Of a DNA stretch of 64,000 bases, positions 37,701 to 49,446 are shown in pieces. Source of the DNA: Lingula anatina (Eukaryota; Animalia; Brachiopoda). The DNA lies in assembly GCA_051362555.1 (NCBI GenBank), contig CM120640.1, positions 42,262,788 through 42,326,787 on the forward strand, read 5' to 3'. Positions within the stretch are counted from its first letter, which is position 1. Each line of letters starts with the position of its first letter. The notes below the pieces were generated by a model that saw only the letters and a list, made by a program, of their open reading frames with translations, had not been told where the DNA came from and searched no databases. A program made the translations under genes and the position numbers.

Positions 37701-40700
37701 TACTTAAATCTAACATGAAATACGTGTCCACTGTAAGTTTTATATGTAATTGAAAAGATTATGCCTATCTGAAGAAAAGAAAAACACAAGTTGGAGTGAT
37801 AAACAGTGCGTTATAAAGTAAAAATACCTCATGGTAAAGTAAACGGTACGCTGAGCATCATCAACATCGCCGCATTATAAAAAATAGATCTTATCTTATT
37901 GCAGTAAGAGTTAATGCCATTGACAAGCTCGTGGGGTTTAAAAGCCAAAGGTAAATTACAAGTAAATTTTATGGCGTTATCATTAAAATGCATTAAAGTT
38001 CCATATTAGTAATTTTAAGACAAAAAGACCAGGGGATTCCAACTAAATTTTGTTTTTAATGGTCATTTGAAAGAATAACATACCGCATTACACATTTGCC
38101 TGTGGTTGTTAAGTGCTTTAATTACCGTAGTCATTACTGTACATTTTGATTATCATGCACAAAGTGTTGTGTATTATTGAAAAATGCATGCAATACAACA
38201 CTTTCAAAGACTCACATGAAGTGGGGGCGGTGGTGGTAGACTCAGTGGTTATGGACTCAGTGGTGGTAGACTCAGTAGTTGTTGACTCAGTGGTGGTCGG
38301 TTGAGTGGTTGTTAACTCGGTGGTGGTCGGTTGAGTGGTTGTTGACTCGGTGGTGGTAGGTTGAGTGGTTGTTGACTCAGTGGTGGTAGGTTGAGTGGTT
38401 GTTGACTCAGTGGTGGTAGAATCGGTGGTAGTTGACTCAGTGGTGGTCGAATCGGTGGTAGTTGACTCAAGGGTGGTCGAATCAGTGGTAGTTGACTCAA
38501 GGGTGGTAGAATCGGTGGTAGTTGACTCAGCGGTGGTTGAATCGGTGGTAGTTGACTCAGTGGTGGTCGAATCAGTGGTAGTTGACTCAGTGGTAGTATC
38601 GGTGGTGGTCGAATCGGTGGTAGTTGATTCAGTGGTGGTAGGATCTGTGGCAGTTGACTCAGTGGTAGTATCGGTGGTGGTTGATTCAGTGGTGGTCGAA
38701 TCGGTGGCAGTTGACTCAGTGGTGGTCGAATCAGTGGTAGTTGACTCAGTGGTGGTCGAATCGGTGGTAGTTGTCTCAGTGGTGGTCGAATCAGTGGTAG
38801 TTGACTCAGTGGTGGTCGAATCGGTGGTAGTTGACTCAGTGGTGGTCGAATCAGTGGTAGTTGACTCAGTGGTGGTAGAATCGCTGGTAGTTGACTCAGC
38901 GGTGGTCGAATCAGTGGTAGTTGACTCAAGGGTAGTCGAATCAGTGGTAGTTGACTCAAGGGTGGTCGAATCGGTGGTAGTTGACTCAGTGGTGGTCGAA
39001 TCGGTGGTAGTTGACTCAGTGGTGGTCGAATCAGTGGTAGTTGACTCAGTGGTGGTAGAATCGGTGGTAGTTGACTCAGTGGTGGTCGAATCGGTGGTAG
39101 TTGACTCAGTGGTAGTATCGGTGGTGGTTGATTCAGTGGTGGTCGAATCGGTGGCAGTTGACTCAGTGGTGGTCGAATCAGTGGTAGTTGACTCAAGGGT
39201 GGTAGAATCAGTGGTAGTTGACTCAGTGGTGGTAGAATCGGTGGTAGTTGACTCAGTGGTGGTAGAATCGGTGGTAGTTGACTCAGTGGTGGTCGAATCA
39301 GTGGTAGTTGACTCAGTGGTAGTATCGGTGGTGGTTGATTCGGTGGTGGTCGAATCGGTGGTAGTTGACTCAAGGGTGGTCGAATCAGTGGTAGTTGACT
39401 CAGTGGTGGTCGAATCGGTGGTAGTTGACTCAGTGGTGGTCGAATCGGTGGTAGTTGACTCAGTGGTGGTCGAATCGGTGGTAGTTGACTCAGTGGTGGT
39501 CGAATCGGTGGTAGTTGACTCAGTGGTGGTCGAATCAGTGGTAGTTGACTCAGTGGTGGTAGAATCGGTGGTAGTTGACTCAGTGGTGGTCGAATCAGTG
39601 GTAGTTGACTCAAGGGTGGTAGAATCAGTGGTAGTTGACTCAGTGGTGGTAGAATCGGTGGTAGTTGACTCAGTGGTGGTAGAATCGGTGGTAGTTGACT
39701 CAGTGGTGGTAGGATCTGTGGCAGTTGACTCAGTGGTAGTATCGGTGGTGGTTGATTCGGTGGTGGTCGAATCGGTGGTAGTTGACTCAAGGGTGGTCGA
39801 ATCAGTGGTAGTTGACTCAAGGGTGGTCGAATCGGTGGTAGTTGACTCAGTGGTGGTCGAATCAGTGGTAGTTGACTCAAGGGTGGTAGAATCAGTGGCA
39901 GTTGACTCAGTGGTAGTATCGGTGGTGGTTGATTCTGTGGTGGTCGAATCGGTGGTAGTTGACTCAGTGGTAGTATCGGTGGTGGTCGAATCGGTGGTAG
40001 TTGATTCAGTGGTGGTAGGATCTGTGGCAGTTGACTCAGTGGTAGTATCGGTGGTGGTTGATTCGGTGGTGGTCGAATCGGTGGTAGTTGACTCAGTGGT
40101 AGTATCGGTGGTGGTCGAATCGGTGGTAGTTGATTCAGTGGTGGTAGGATCTGTGGCAGTTGACTCAGTGGTAGTATCGGTGGTGGTTGATTCGGTGGTG
40201 GTCGAATCGGTGGCAGTTGACTCAGTGATGGTAGGTTGAGTGGTTGTTGACTCAGTGGTCGTAGAATCGGTGGTAGTTGACTCAGTGGTGGTAGAATCGG
40301 TGGTTGTTGATTCGGTAGTGGCAGATACTGTAAACAAAGAATACCAGTTATGAATTTTGGCCCGAACCTGGTATGAACCTATAATATTAATAGCACTTAG
40401 TTAAAGGGAAAATATCATCTTAATATTATAAATTGGTTGTTATATATTCGTATTGATAGTTTAGATATTCAAACGAATAGATATTGAAATGCTCACCATT
40501 GAAAACAAATACGAGCGAAAGAGACACATTTTGAAAGAAACGATTTACTTATTACAATTTTGGTGAATAATAAATCGATGTTTCTCAAAATACATTTTTC
40601 TTGAGAAATGTCTCATATTGTGTTCCATGCGCTTGGTAAGAAAACTTAAAGTGAATACACTTTCCATAAAATTTATTCGAACAGAAGTGCTTATTGTTAC

Positions 40701-41084
40701 ATTTGATTAAAATAGTTATTCTTTGGATGTTTGTTTGTTTGTTTTTTTTTTTTTCATTTACAAATTGGGTCATTAGATGTTTCACAATAAGGTAACAAAA
40801 ACATATATATCAGTGGAATTCCTACATGATCAGAACTGAGTAAAAAAAATGTAGGTTGGAAAAGAACAGATTAACGACTGTTTGTTTGATTATATCTAAC
40901 ACTCACATCATTTTTACACTTAGTACACAAATTATATTTTAAACACATCTTAAGAGAAAACGACAAAAAATACTAAACATAGCTAACGTCAATTTGTTAC
41001 TGCCTATTCCAAGCACTCACCCAACGTTACAGAAATGTACAAAGTAAAGAGAAGATGCACGAACACTTTCACTGACAAACACAT
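34798..41084 (-). CDS. Locus C/D: chimeric third paralog (signal peptide, 704-aa mucin rod, Cys domain 1, short rod, Cys domain 2), predicted 940 aa if spliced as one gene
   Basis: Exons (- strand): 41021-41084 (MCLSVKVFVHLLFTLYISVTL), 38216-40327 (704 codons, phase 1-1), 37337-37366, 36898-37055, 36308-36335, 35948-36151, 35526-35728, 34798-34821 (SSCTLIN*). Every exon has canonical AG/GT and joins in frame (2823 nt). The join 38216->37366 must skip a truncated exon-6 remnant at ~37532-37572, so the full fusion transcript is inferred. Confidence 0.65.
37532..37572 (-). pseudogene. Truncated exon-6 remnant (LPPSICSPTDGVVK) fused to intron-1-derived sequence
   Basis: The acceptor and first ~40 nt match gene A exon 6 (9004-9044). 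The sequence then switches to paralog intron-1 sequence at TTTAACGAC. Confidence 0.8.
38230..40320 (-). repeat. Coding minisatellite, expanded ESTTT/DSTTT array with a 129-bp higher-order block
   Basis: Same 15/30-bp unit as gene A. The marker ggatctgtggcag occurs at 40018 and 40147 (129 bp apart) and again at 39712 and 38641. Confidence 0.95.
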
Positions 41085-41153
41085 CCTTAGCTGTGGTTCT
41101 GTTGCAGACCTTACTGACTCTCTCCAGAATGAAAATGTAAAAATCCCCGGTCG

Positions 41154-41161
41154 TTTATATA
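41154..41161 (-). promoter_or_regulatory. TATA box of locus C
   Basis: TATATAAA with a TCATTC about 30 nt downstream, in the same context as genes A and B. Confidence 0.75.
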
Positions 41162-44145
41162 GCCTGTCACCATACAGAATCTTATTTGCTGTCCACGCCC
41201 ACTTTGTTGCTTACAAACGTAGCACACATTGTAACAAATGATACTATCTTCCCGTTACTTTTGTGCTGTGTGCTGTCTGTCACTGATAACTGTATAATAA
41301 ATACTTCTCCCCCATGATAAGATAAGTAAAAGTTTATTTAGCCAATAAAACATATTAAATACACAACATCGGGAATAAAATACTCTGTAAAGGTATTGTT
41401 ATATTAAAAATAAACAGGTGCAAGACTTTGTATTAAAAAAGAATACGCTAGAAGATAAAATCTACATAAAAACGTTTACTACCCTTAAAAACTAATAGCC
41501 TGGTGATGCTTGGTAAGAAATTTTAAAAAATTGTAAGCAGCATGGAAACAATAACTTGAGAAAGACACTGTTTTATCCATGTAAATATGCCCTTGTATTT
41601 GAACAAGGTTTTTGATAATTATGAAATATCAGATGCATAAAATAAGCAAAGATGTGATTTGTAGTTAATCAGTTATGTCAAGTACTGGAACAGTTTTAGC
41701 TGCTGTCGTGTGAACTTAAATTCGACTTATATGTTATAGACATTGAATTAGTTGTAAAGACAGTTAGCTACCACTGTATGCTTGATTCACCTAACTGAAA
41801 ACGTTGGTTTTAGATAGATAGATATAAAATTTGCGTATCATTTTGTTTGACTATTTAAAAACAATCATGAAGTCATAAAACGGTGAAAAATGTATGGGTA
41901 CATTAACATCGACCTTCCATATCTTATCTATTACTGATCCTCTTTCTATCATTATTTTTAATATTGTGATGGCTAAAGAGATTTGCTCTGCACGTGTAAT
42001 TCATGCTTATGAGTGACACACCCAAGGACAACACTCGGAAAAGATGTGCAATGGCAAAATGGCTGGAAGAGTCAGTATCAGACGCAAAATGCGATTGGTT
42101 GGTCGATGCATCGGGAAGTAAGTGTCAGTATAATTTTACGTTATATTATGACGCATTTAAGGTAACATATTTAAAGAGACGCTACATGAAATGCGTGGTT
42201 ATCTAAGTTTTGGACCTAAATTGACAACCATTAATAAAAAGTTTGAGAAAATAATCCAGCCTCTCCTTCCTCTAACCCGCACTATCAATGACATATCTCC
42301 TACGCCCCTCTATGAATATGATGGTATCCTTTCTTTAAAAAAAATGGTTAGACTAGATGCAACGTTATTTTATGGCTTTTGCCAATATTTATGCCGTAGC
42401 TGGGTAAAATTTATCATAAATATGTAACATAAATAAGGTAGGTCTACACATAAAAATTAAAAGCCACGTCAATTTCTGTCCTCTTTTTTTCAATGTGACA
42501 TGAGTATGCTGTGCTTGCCTGTAGAACGGGCACATACAAAATTTGACCTGTTAATTGTTTATGTCACGTAACGCTCAAATTCTATGTATATTATCCTGTT
42601 ACAAAACTGTGTGTAATAACATATATCATCACTATTTGGCAGAAAAGACACTTGATAAAAGAATCATAGCAGACAAAACCTTCTAGATACTAAGCGTTTG
42701 AAACGGATTTTTCCAAGTAGTAATTAACAGAATGTCTGTAAGAAGTCTGTCCCCGCAGTTGTCTTTGACCTAATTGTGAAAATGACCTTTCTGCCGTATT
42801 GATTTATTCAAGAGTCAAACATTTGCCTTAAAACACCTTTTTTGCAGTGTATAGATATGTGATAATTCCATTTATTTATTCAAAAAAAAAAAAATCTAAG
42901 TACATACATTGATGTTTACAAGCATTAATTTAGAGACACATGTCTGTAAGAAGTCTGTCTCATTAACATATATTGCAATATCTTTGACCAAAGGGTAAAA
43001 TTGAGCCTTTTTTAATACTTGCCCCTAATAATACAATAATACAGTAATAATAGCAACTACCAACTTGCAAAAATTGCATAAAGCCAACCTGTACTAAAGG
43101 AATGCGTCGTTAAGATTATTATCAGAACAGAAATGATTTGTAATATGCGTCAGTCAGTCACCGTTTTTTTTTTTTTTTTTTTTTCAAAGGAGAGATAAGC
43201 ATGCCCTCGATGTCAGGAGAGCATAAACTTTTCAGTTTTAAAGTTATTATTATATTTATGCTAAAGTTGAGGTGTAAAAGCGTTATGTCGGTCTACCATA
43301 ATATTGTGAAAGTCTGCGCCAGGAACGTCCATTGTGGGTGTGACAGTTTATGTGCACCTTATTGTCATGTTTTACCAACATTTATCTATTTCAAATCGCC
43401 TCAAGTGGGTCTGTCACAAGTAGCTGTGTGTGAAAAATCGCTCACACAGTATAGGTGCTTTAATAAAGCTGTAACTTGAAAATCACCGTACATAAAAAAA
43501 TGATCAAGTTTACAGTTAACACTGGAAAATCCTTTTTACCCCTAATACTTATAAAATTAATTTTTGTGTGTCGTTATGCTTGACCGAAGTTTGAGGAATA
43601 GAGCTAGACTACAGTCGGAGCGATATAAAACGTGCTCATGGCAAAGCCGTAAATTCAATTTCGGGCTTAAAATGGTCCAGTTTTTAGTTACCAACACAAT
43701 GTGAAATAGCTGAAAGCAGGCTTTTTTTGTAACGTAGAGGTTTTTAAACTCTCAAAACACAACCTAAGTATTACGGTATTCACAATTCTCCAAAATTGTT
43801 GCTCACAAGGTAGGGTTGGAACCCGTTTTTTAACGGTAGCGAATTTACTCAGAATTTCAGGTTCTACACGTGCCACTTTCATTTTCCAATGGTTTTAACA
43901 CATTTAAAAATGTGTGTAAAAAACTGTCTCAGTAATAAGTTAGACGCGTTTTGTGATATGAAGAATACGTAGCAAAGATTTGAGTAGCTATAATATTCTA
44001 AGGTAAGGATCAACGATAGATCTGCCCCAGCTTACTGTGGAGATACATCTGTATGTAGAATCAACAGTTAAGTGCTTTTTTTTCTCTGAAAACTCTTCCT
44101 CCTTGGACAGTGATAAAAAGAACCAAAAAATCAAAATACAAATAC

Positions 44146-44151
44146 TTTATT
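44146..44151 (-). promoter_or_regulatory. Candidate polyadenylation signal of endophilin-A (3' UTR about 1.8 kb)
   Basis: AATAAA on the - strand followed by a GT/T-rich downstream tract (gtatttgtattttgattttttggttcttttt). Confidence 0.4.
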
Positions 44152-45959
44152 ACCAGTTCTGTATAGACTATGCAAGATTCAGTAGAGGTGTAAGATTCAA
44201 ACTAATGGCATTTTACAAACCAGTTATAGCCCTTATGCTCCAAGTCTCCATGTCATGTACACAAATACAGAGGCAATCACCACAAATATTCTCCAATTAT
44301 TGTAATAATACCTTTAATACACAATATATGTCATACTGATATCTATGTTACCAATTCTATTCAGTCAAAATAAATCTCTTAAGATTAATATTGGACAATA
44401 CTTTTTTTCTTTTTGAATATTGTCCCATCCTTTTTTTGTAGAAATGGGTAGGATGGGTGGATAGTATTGATCCAATTATGTGACCAGCACATAGTGAAAG
44501 AAACACAATAAACCAGAAATGAATCAAGTTCAACAATCTGTACACTATATTCAGCCATACTTACAACAAATTCCAAAATAATAAGATTCTTTATATCCAG
44601 TCTTCCATTTATCTTAATAATAACACATTATTACATAATTAGCAATGATTGTGAGCTTATATATGCCTTGGCCAATGTCACTTTTCTGATGTCTGCAAAA
44701 CAACATATAGACCTTGGCTTAAGTCTATAATTATACAAAATCACTATACAAAATGGTGCATCTATACTTATAAGGTAAATCACTAGCGTATTCTTGAAGG
44801 CCAAATCATAAGAAAACGGATGTCATAAACTTTTTCACTCTAAATTTACTTTTATTTCTTCTTCATTAGAATAAATTGGGCTAAACTTTCCTTAATAGAA
44901 CTCTCTTTCTCAATCAGTTGCAGTGTTTTTGTATATTAAGGTGAAATTAAACAACTTATAAATGATACCTCAAACCATACTAACATTCATAACTTCCAAA
45001 GAACCCTACATTGCCTCATTCACAAATAAGACATGACTTATGAATATTTGAGAAATAAAGTTGGGACTATAAGTTTGCTTGCTAAAAGGTGCATCTGAAT
45101 GCCAACCCCACATTACTGGTTAATCATCAAATCAGCAACTCCCAACAGGCCCACATCAGTCTAGGTACATTGAAATTTAGATAAAAAAACTTAAATACTG
45201 CAAATATCACTATCAATACAATATGGATGTTTGCATTTAATTGCAATATTATTTCGAAAGGTCAACCAATATCACTGTACTTTTAAATGAAAACAAATAT
45301 TATGAAATACACCAGACAATTTACAATTCTTAAACTCTTTAAGTTGACTACTGTAGTGCATTATACTTAAATCTGCAATACAGAACAGATATGTTACAAT
45401 ATGGAATGAATCTGCTCCCTCATAGAGACAGCCTAAAAACATGGTTACAAGAAACCAACGTTCCCTATGCCTTGTATCCATGCATCTTACTTCAAATAAC
45501 AAGTTTACAAAGAGCAGATATAACAAGCAAATCAGGTTTTGTAAATTAAATACATTATGCAAGCAATTGCAACAAGTGAGAACCTTATAACAGCAGAGAA
45601 TCACAGAGACTCCAAGAACTCTAGTGGAGCCCTATAATAAAATGAATTTACTGGTGTAAAATTATCTCCAACATCTTTGTCCACTGATGGAGAAATACAA
45701 CCCATAAAGACATCCTACATACTAAGACTTTTGGCATAGGTTACATTAATGGCTATAACAATTCAAAGCTCAAATACCAGGTTTAATATCAACCTCACTA
45801 ACAGCAGACTGTGTGGTGATGTCTTCACATGCTTTGGTTTTCAACTAGATGAGCATATTTCATGTTAAATCATCCCTGTGCAAGTTTCTTTAACTGATAT
45901 CATTTTAACTACAAACTACCCAGTGTGCTTTTTTTTTTTCCAAATTCCTTTTCTGGACT

Positions 45960-48900
45960 CTACAGAGGTACTTTAACCTCCACATAATTGACAGGGAAGA
46001 AGCCAGTCTGGCCATGTATGGAACCTTCGTACCAGTTTTCATCAATCTGACTGATGAGGGTGATCATATCCCCTTCACGGAAGCCCAACTCTCCAGGGTT
46101 CTCAGGATCAAAGTCGTACAATGCTGTACAGCAAGCTTGTTGGGGTTCTAGAAAAGACAGTTCATTTAGAAACACTGACAGCAGAGTTGTAATCAGAGTT
46201 GTTCACCTGCCTCAGAAAACAATAACAAAGAACAAGTTCTTATGCAATCTCACGTCATTCACTTACAAATCTTCAAAACATGGACCTTTAAATGTCCACA
46301 AATGAAGGCAAGTGCTATTTTCTACTTCAATGCCCTTTTTACTTTAGCCAGAATCTACAATCACTGTGACACAGCCAGTCTTGGCACTGGCTGGACACCA
46401 CTATGCAGGAAAAAACACTACACTGAATGGTTATACAACTGTACAATACTTTTCTATTTCACAATGATTCTGTTATTTTACCTGAGCTTTGCTGGGCAGG
46501 GGATAAACTGTATCCAGTGGTATCCAGAGAGTCCAAGTTGTTGTCAAATGCTGGGGAAGAGTTTCTGAAGGAAGAAGTCACTTTCTTGGACACAAATTCA
46601 GAGCGAGGCCGGCTTGCAGCCTCATTGCGCCTAGAACAAAATAAAATTACAACTAGCATCACAATTTCACCAATTCTGCTTAATAACAATTATTTCAGTT
46701 CCATTTTTAAGATTTGCCAATAAACAACAACTCTACTGTTTTATTCTTACAGATAACACCCATGAAAACACCCATGCACCACACAGTATTGGTAAGAATA
46801 TTAACAGCAATCCATCAACCATGAGGCAAAATGCAAGGCTTAAAGTGATAATAACTCTTCGTTTTGGCCAAAAAATGAATTTTCCTGGAGTAAACAACAA
46901 TTTTCCCGTACTAACCAATGGTTAATGAATCCATTTTTACATTCAAAGTTAGTCCCTGGTTTTTTTCTAAAAAGTTTGTTTTTTGGTTAAAATCTCTTAA
47001 GAGATTTTAACAGAGTATAGCCATCAATGGAGGTCACGTGGTCTGCAGACAAGTTCAGATATCAGAAAAAATAGCTATTACTGCCGTTTTTGTGGTAAAA
47101 CGGAATATATTATTTCTATGAGTTATTCACAATGTTTTTATTGTGAAATATAGATCTCATAGGAAGAATTATTATCCCTTTAAGTTAAACCGAATACACC
47201 AAGTAATCATAAATAACCACACACAAAAAATGTAATTGTACAGATATACAGGTAGAAAGAAAACAGTCTACAATACAAATGCACATATGAAGATCCATGC
47301 CTACAGTAATGACGTTTTCTGATTTTTTCAATAGGCAAAAATGAACAAACTTTTAAATACATAATTTTATAATCACAAAAATTATACTTCTATATAGCAT
47401 TTGTGGTGCTTTTTACTGTATGTATAATAGAACTATAGGGCAGCCTGTTAGAAAATTTTGTTGCTGCCTCTCAATAGGAATTTTCTAATTTTAGGACATT
47501 ATGGGTTAAAAATACAGTATCCACAAAATTCACAATTTTCCCTAATTTAAAAGATTTAATTTCAAAAATGCTTAGATAAATAATCTTTGCAAGTACCTGC
47601 ATAAAAATAAGCAAATTCTGTGCACCTAACAAAGACACAAATGAATCAGGCACTTATTAAGGATATTGTTACCCTTTATTATTCAGATACTGAAAATTTC
47701 CTGCATCTAATTATTCAATAATGCATCTATCATTGTGATGATTTAAAACAATGAAGAAACTCTTGAAAATACAAAATATCAAAAATATTTTTTTTCGTTG
47801 TAATGTACAAGCATGAGCAACTCAAGGCTTTAATTGTCGATTTAACACCTTTCTATTTTGAGGTGAGATAGTAATCGGTATCATCTCTGAACAAGATTTT
47901 ATCAGGAAAATTGGCATAGTGGACCACAAGTGTATAAGCTATAATCCCGTGCCAGTGTTTTGGTTTAAATGCTTTTGTTATGGGGTTATGCGCCCGTAAT
48001 TACAGATTTTCATTCAACAAAGGCATTATTTTGCTTTATCAACGAGAAAATCTAAACTAAGACTTTTAAGAAAAACCGCTGGCAGGGTTTCTGAGTGGTA
48101 AATGGTATCATTAAATCAGCTTTGAAAGAGTGATCGTGGGTACTCAGGTAAAAGAGAAATTTGACTGATTTTTCAGTTTTTACCCCAAAATCGCAATTAC
48201 GACATCACTGATCACTGAAGATTTATTTACTACCCAAAAGAAGGCAGTAAATTAGGAGTTTTGGGCGAAGGGTAACAATATCCTTTAGGATTTACTTAGT
48301 ATCGTTTTAAATTAAAAAAATTAGCAAAGCTAATATAGCACACAAATACAGCAAACTAGGTAGCAAAGCTCAATAAAAAGACCTTTCAAAACAAAAGAGT
48401 GCCAGTTTCTACTCTACAGAACTTTATATCTGAGAACATACATACACGATAATGTCTCAAATCAATTAGAAACATTTAAAATATTGGAAAGGATCATTAG
48501 ACAAAAAGACAAAACATGCATTACCATGGAGGAGATGAAAGGAGTACATCTAGGTTAGAAATTAACCAATCCCTTTTCTCAGAACTTATAGGTTAAACAT
48601 TATACTGTCTAATTCTGGCCCTGTTTTTTTTTTTTTTTTATATATGTAGGATAGAAATATTACTTTGAGATAGCAGTAGGTACAAAAATATTCATCAGAT
48701 TATATTTGGCAGTCGATTAGAAATTAACATTTGAAATAAATTTGGGACCTTTTAATAAAAAAAACTGATGTACAAGTGTGAGTGATATGAACATCAAATA
48801 CGTGCAAGTCATCTCAATTTCATTTTTCATCAGGTAATTCAAAGTTGAAGGAGAGGTGACAATAAGATTTAAACACATGGACTTAAAAGTTAGGATTGTG

Positions 48901-49412
48901 ACAGGTCGAGATTACTATTATTTTTTTTCATTTTTAACAAGAAGTGTGTAAGTACAATGTACTCAAGATTCACCACTTCCTTTGTTGCAAATGCTGGGCT
49001 AGACATTAAACGACTGGTAACATCTAGACATGTCTTACAGCATTAACAACCTTTCACATGATTAAAAAACCTGAATGACCCTAGGTCATACTGATAACAC
49101 TGATAAGGAGTAAGCAATTTGTTAGTCATTTCATACCTATATATTAGGCATACAATTGGATCCAAACACAAAATGGTCTGACAGTTAACTAAGAATAGCT
49201 TTACTGGAGTCTTTGCACAGTTAGTTATGAAGGATACAACTGAAAGGATGTTAGTTTTTCAGGGTTAATAATATATCTTAAGTCTAAAGAATGCTAGTCA
49301 GGTTTGTAGCATACCTTTTAATTTTTCTTGGAAAGATGATTGCAGATAAAAAAGTCCATCTGGTGCAAGTGTCACAAGAAGTATTCAAATCAATTTAAGT
49401 AAGTCAAAAATT

Positions 49413-49446
<34 letters not shown>

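Noticed and set aside
46200-46410. Possible extra exons in endophilin intron 9 (acceptor-like sites near 46400 and 46207)
   Set aside because: One has no convincing in-frame donor; the other runs into an immediate stop.
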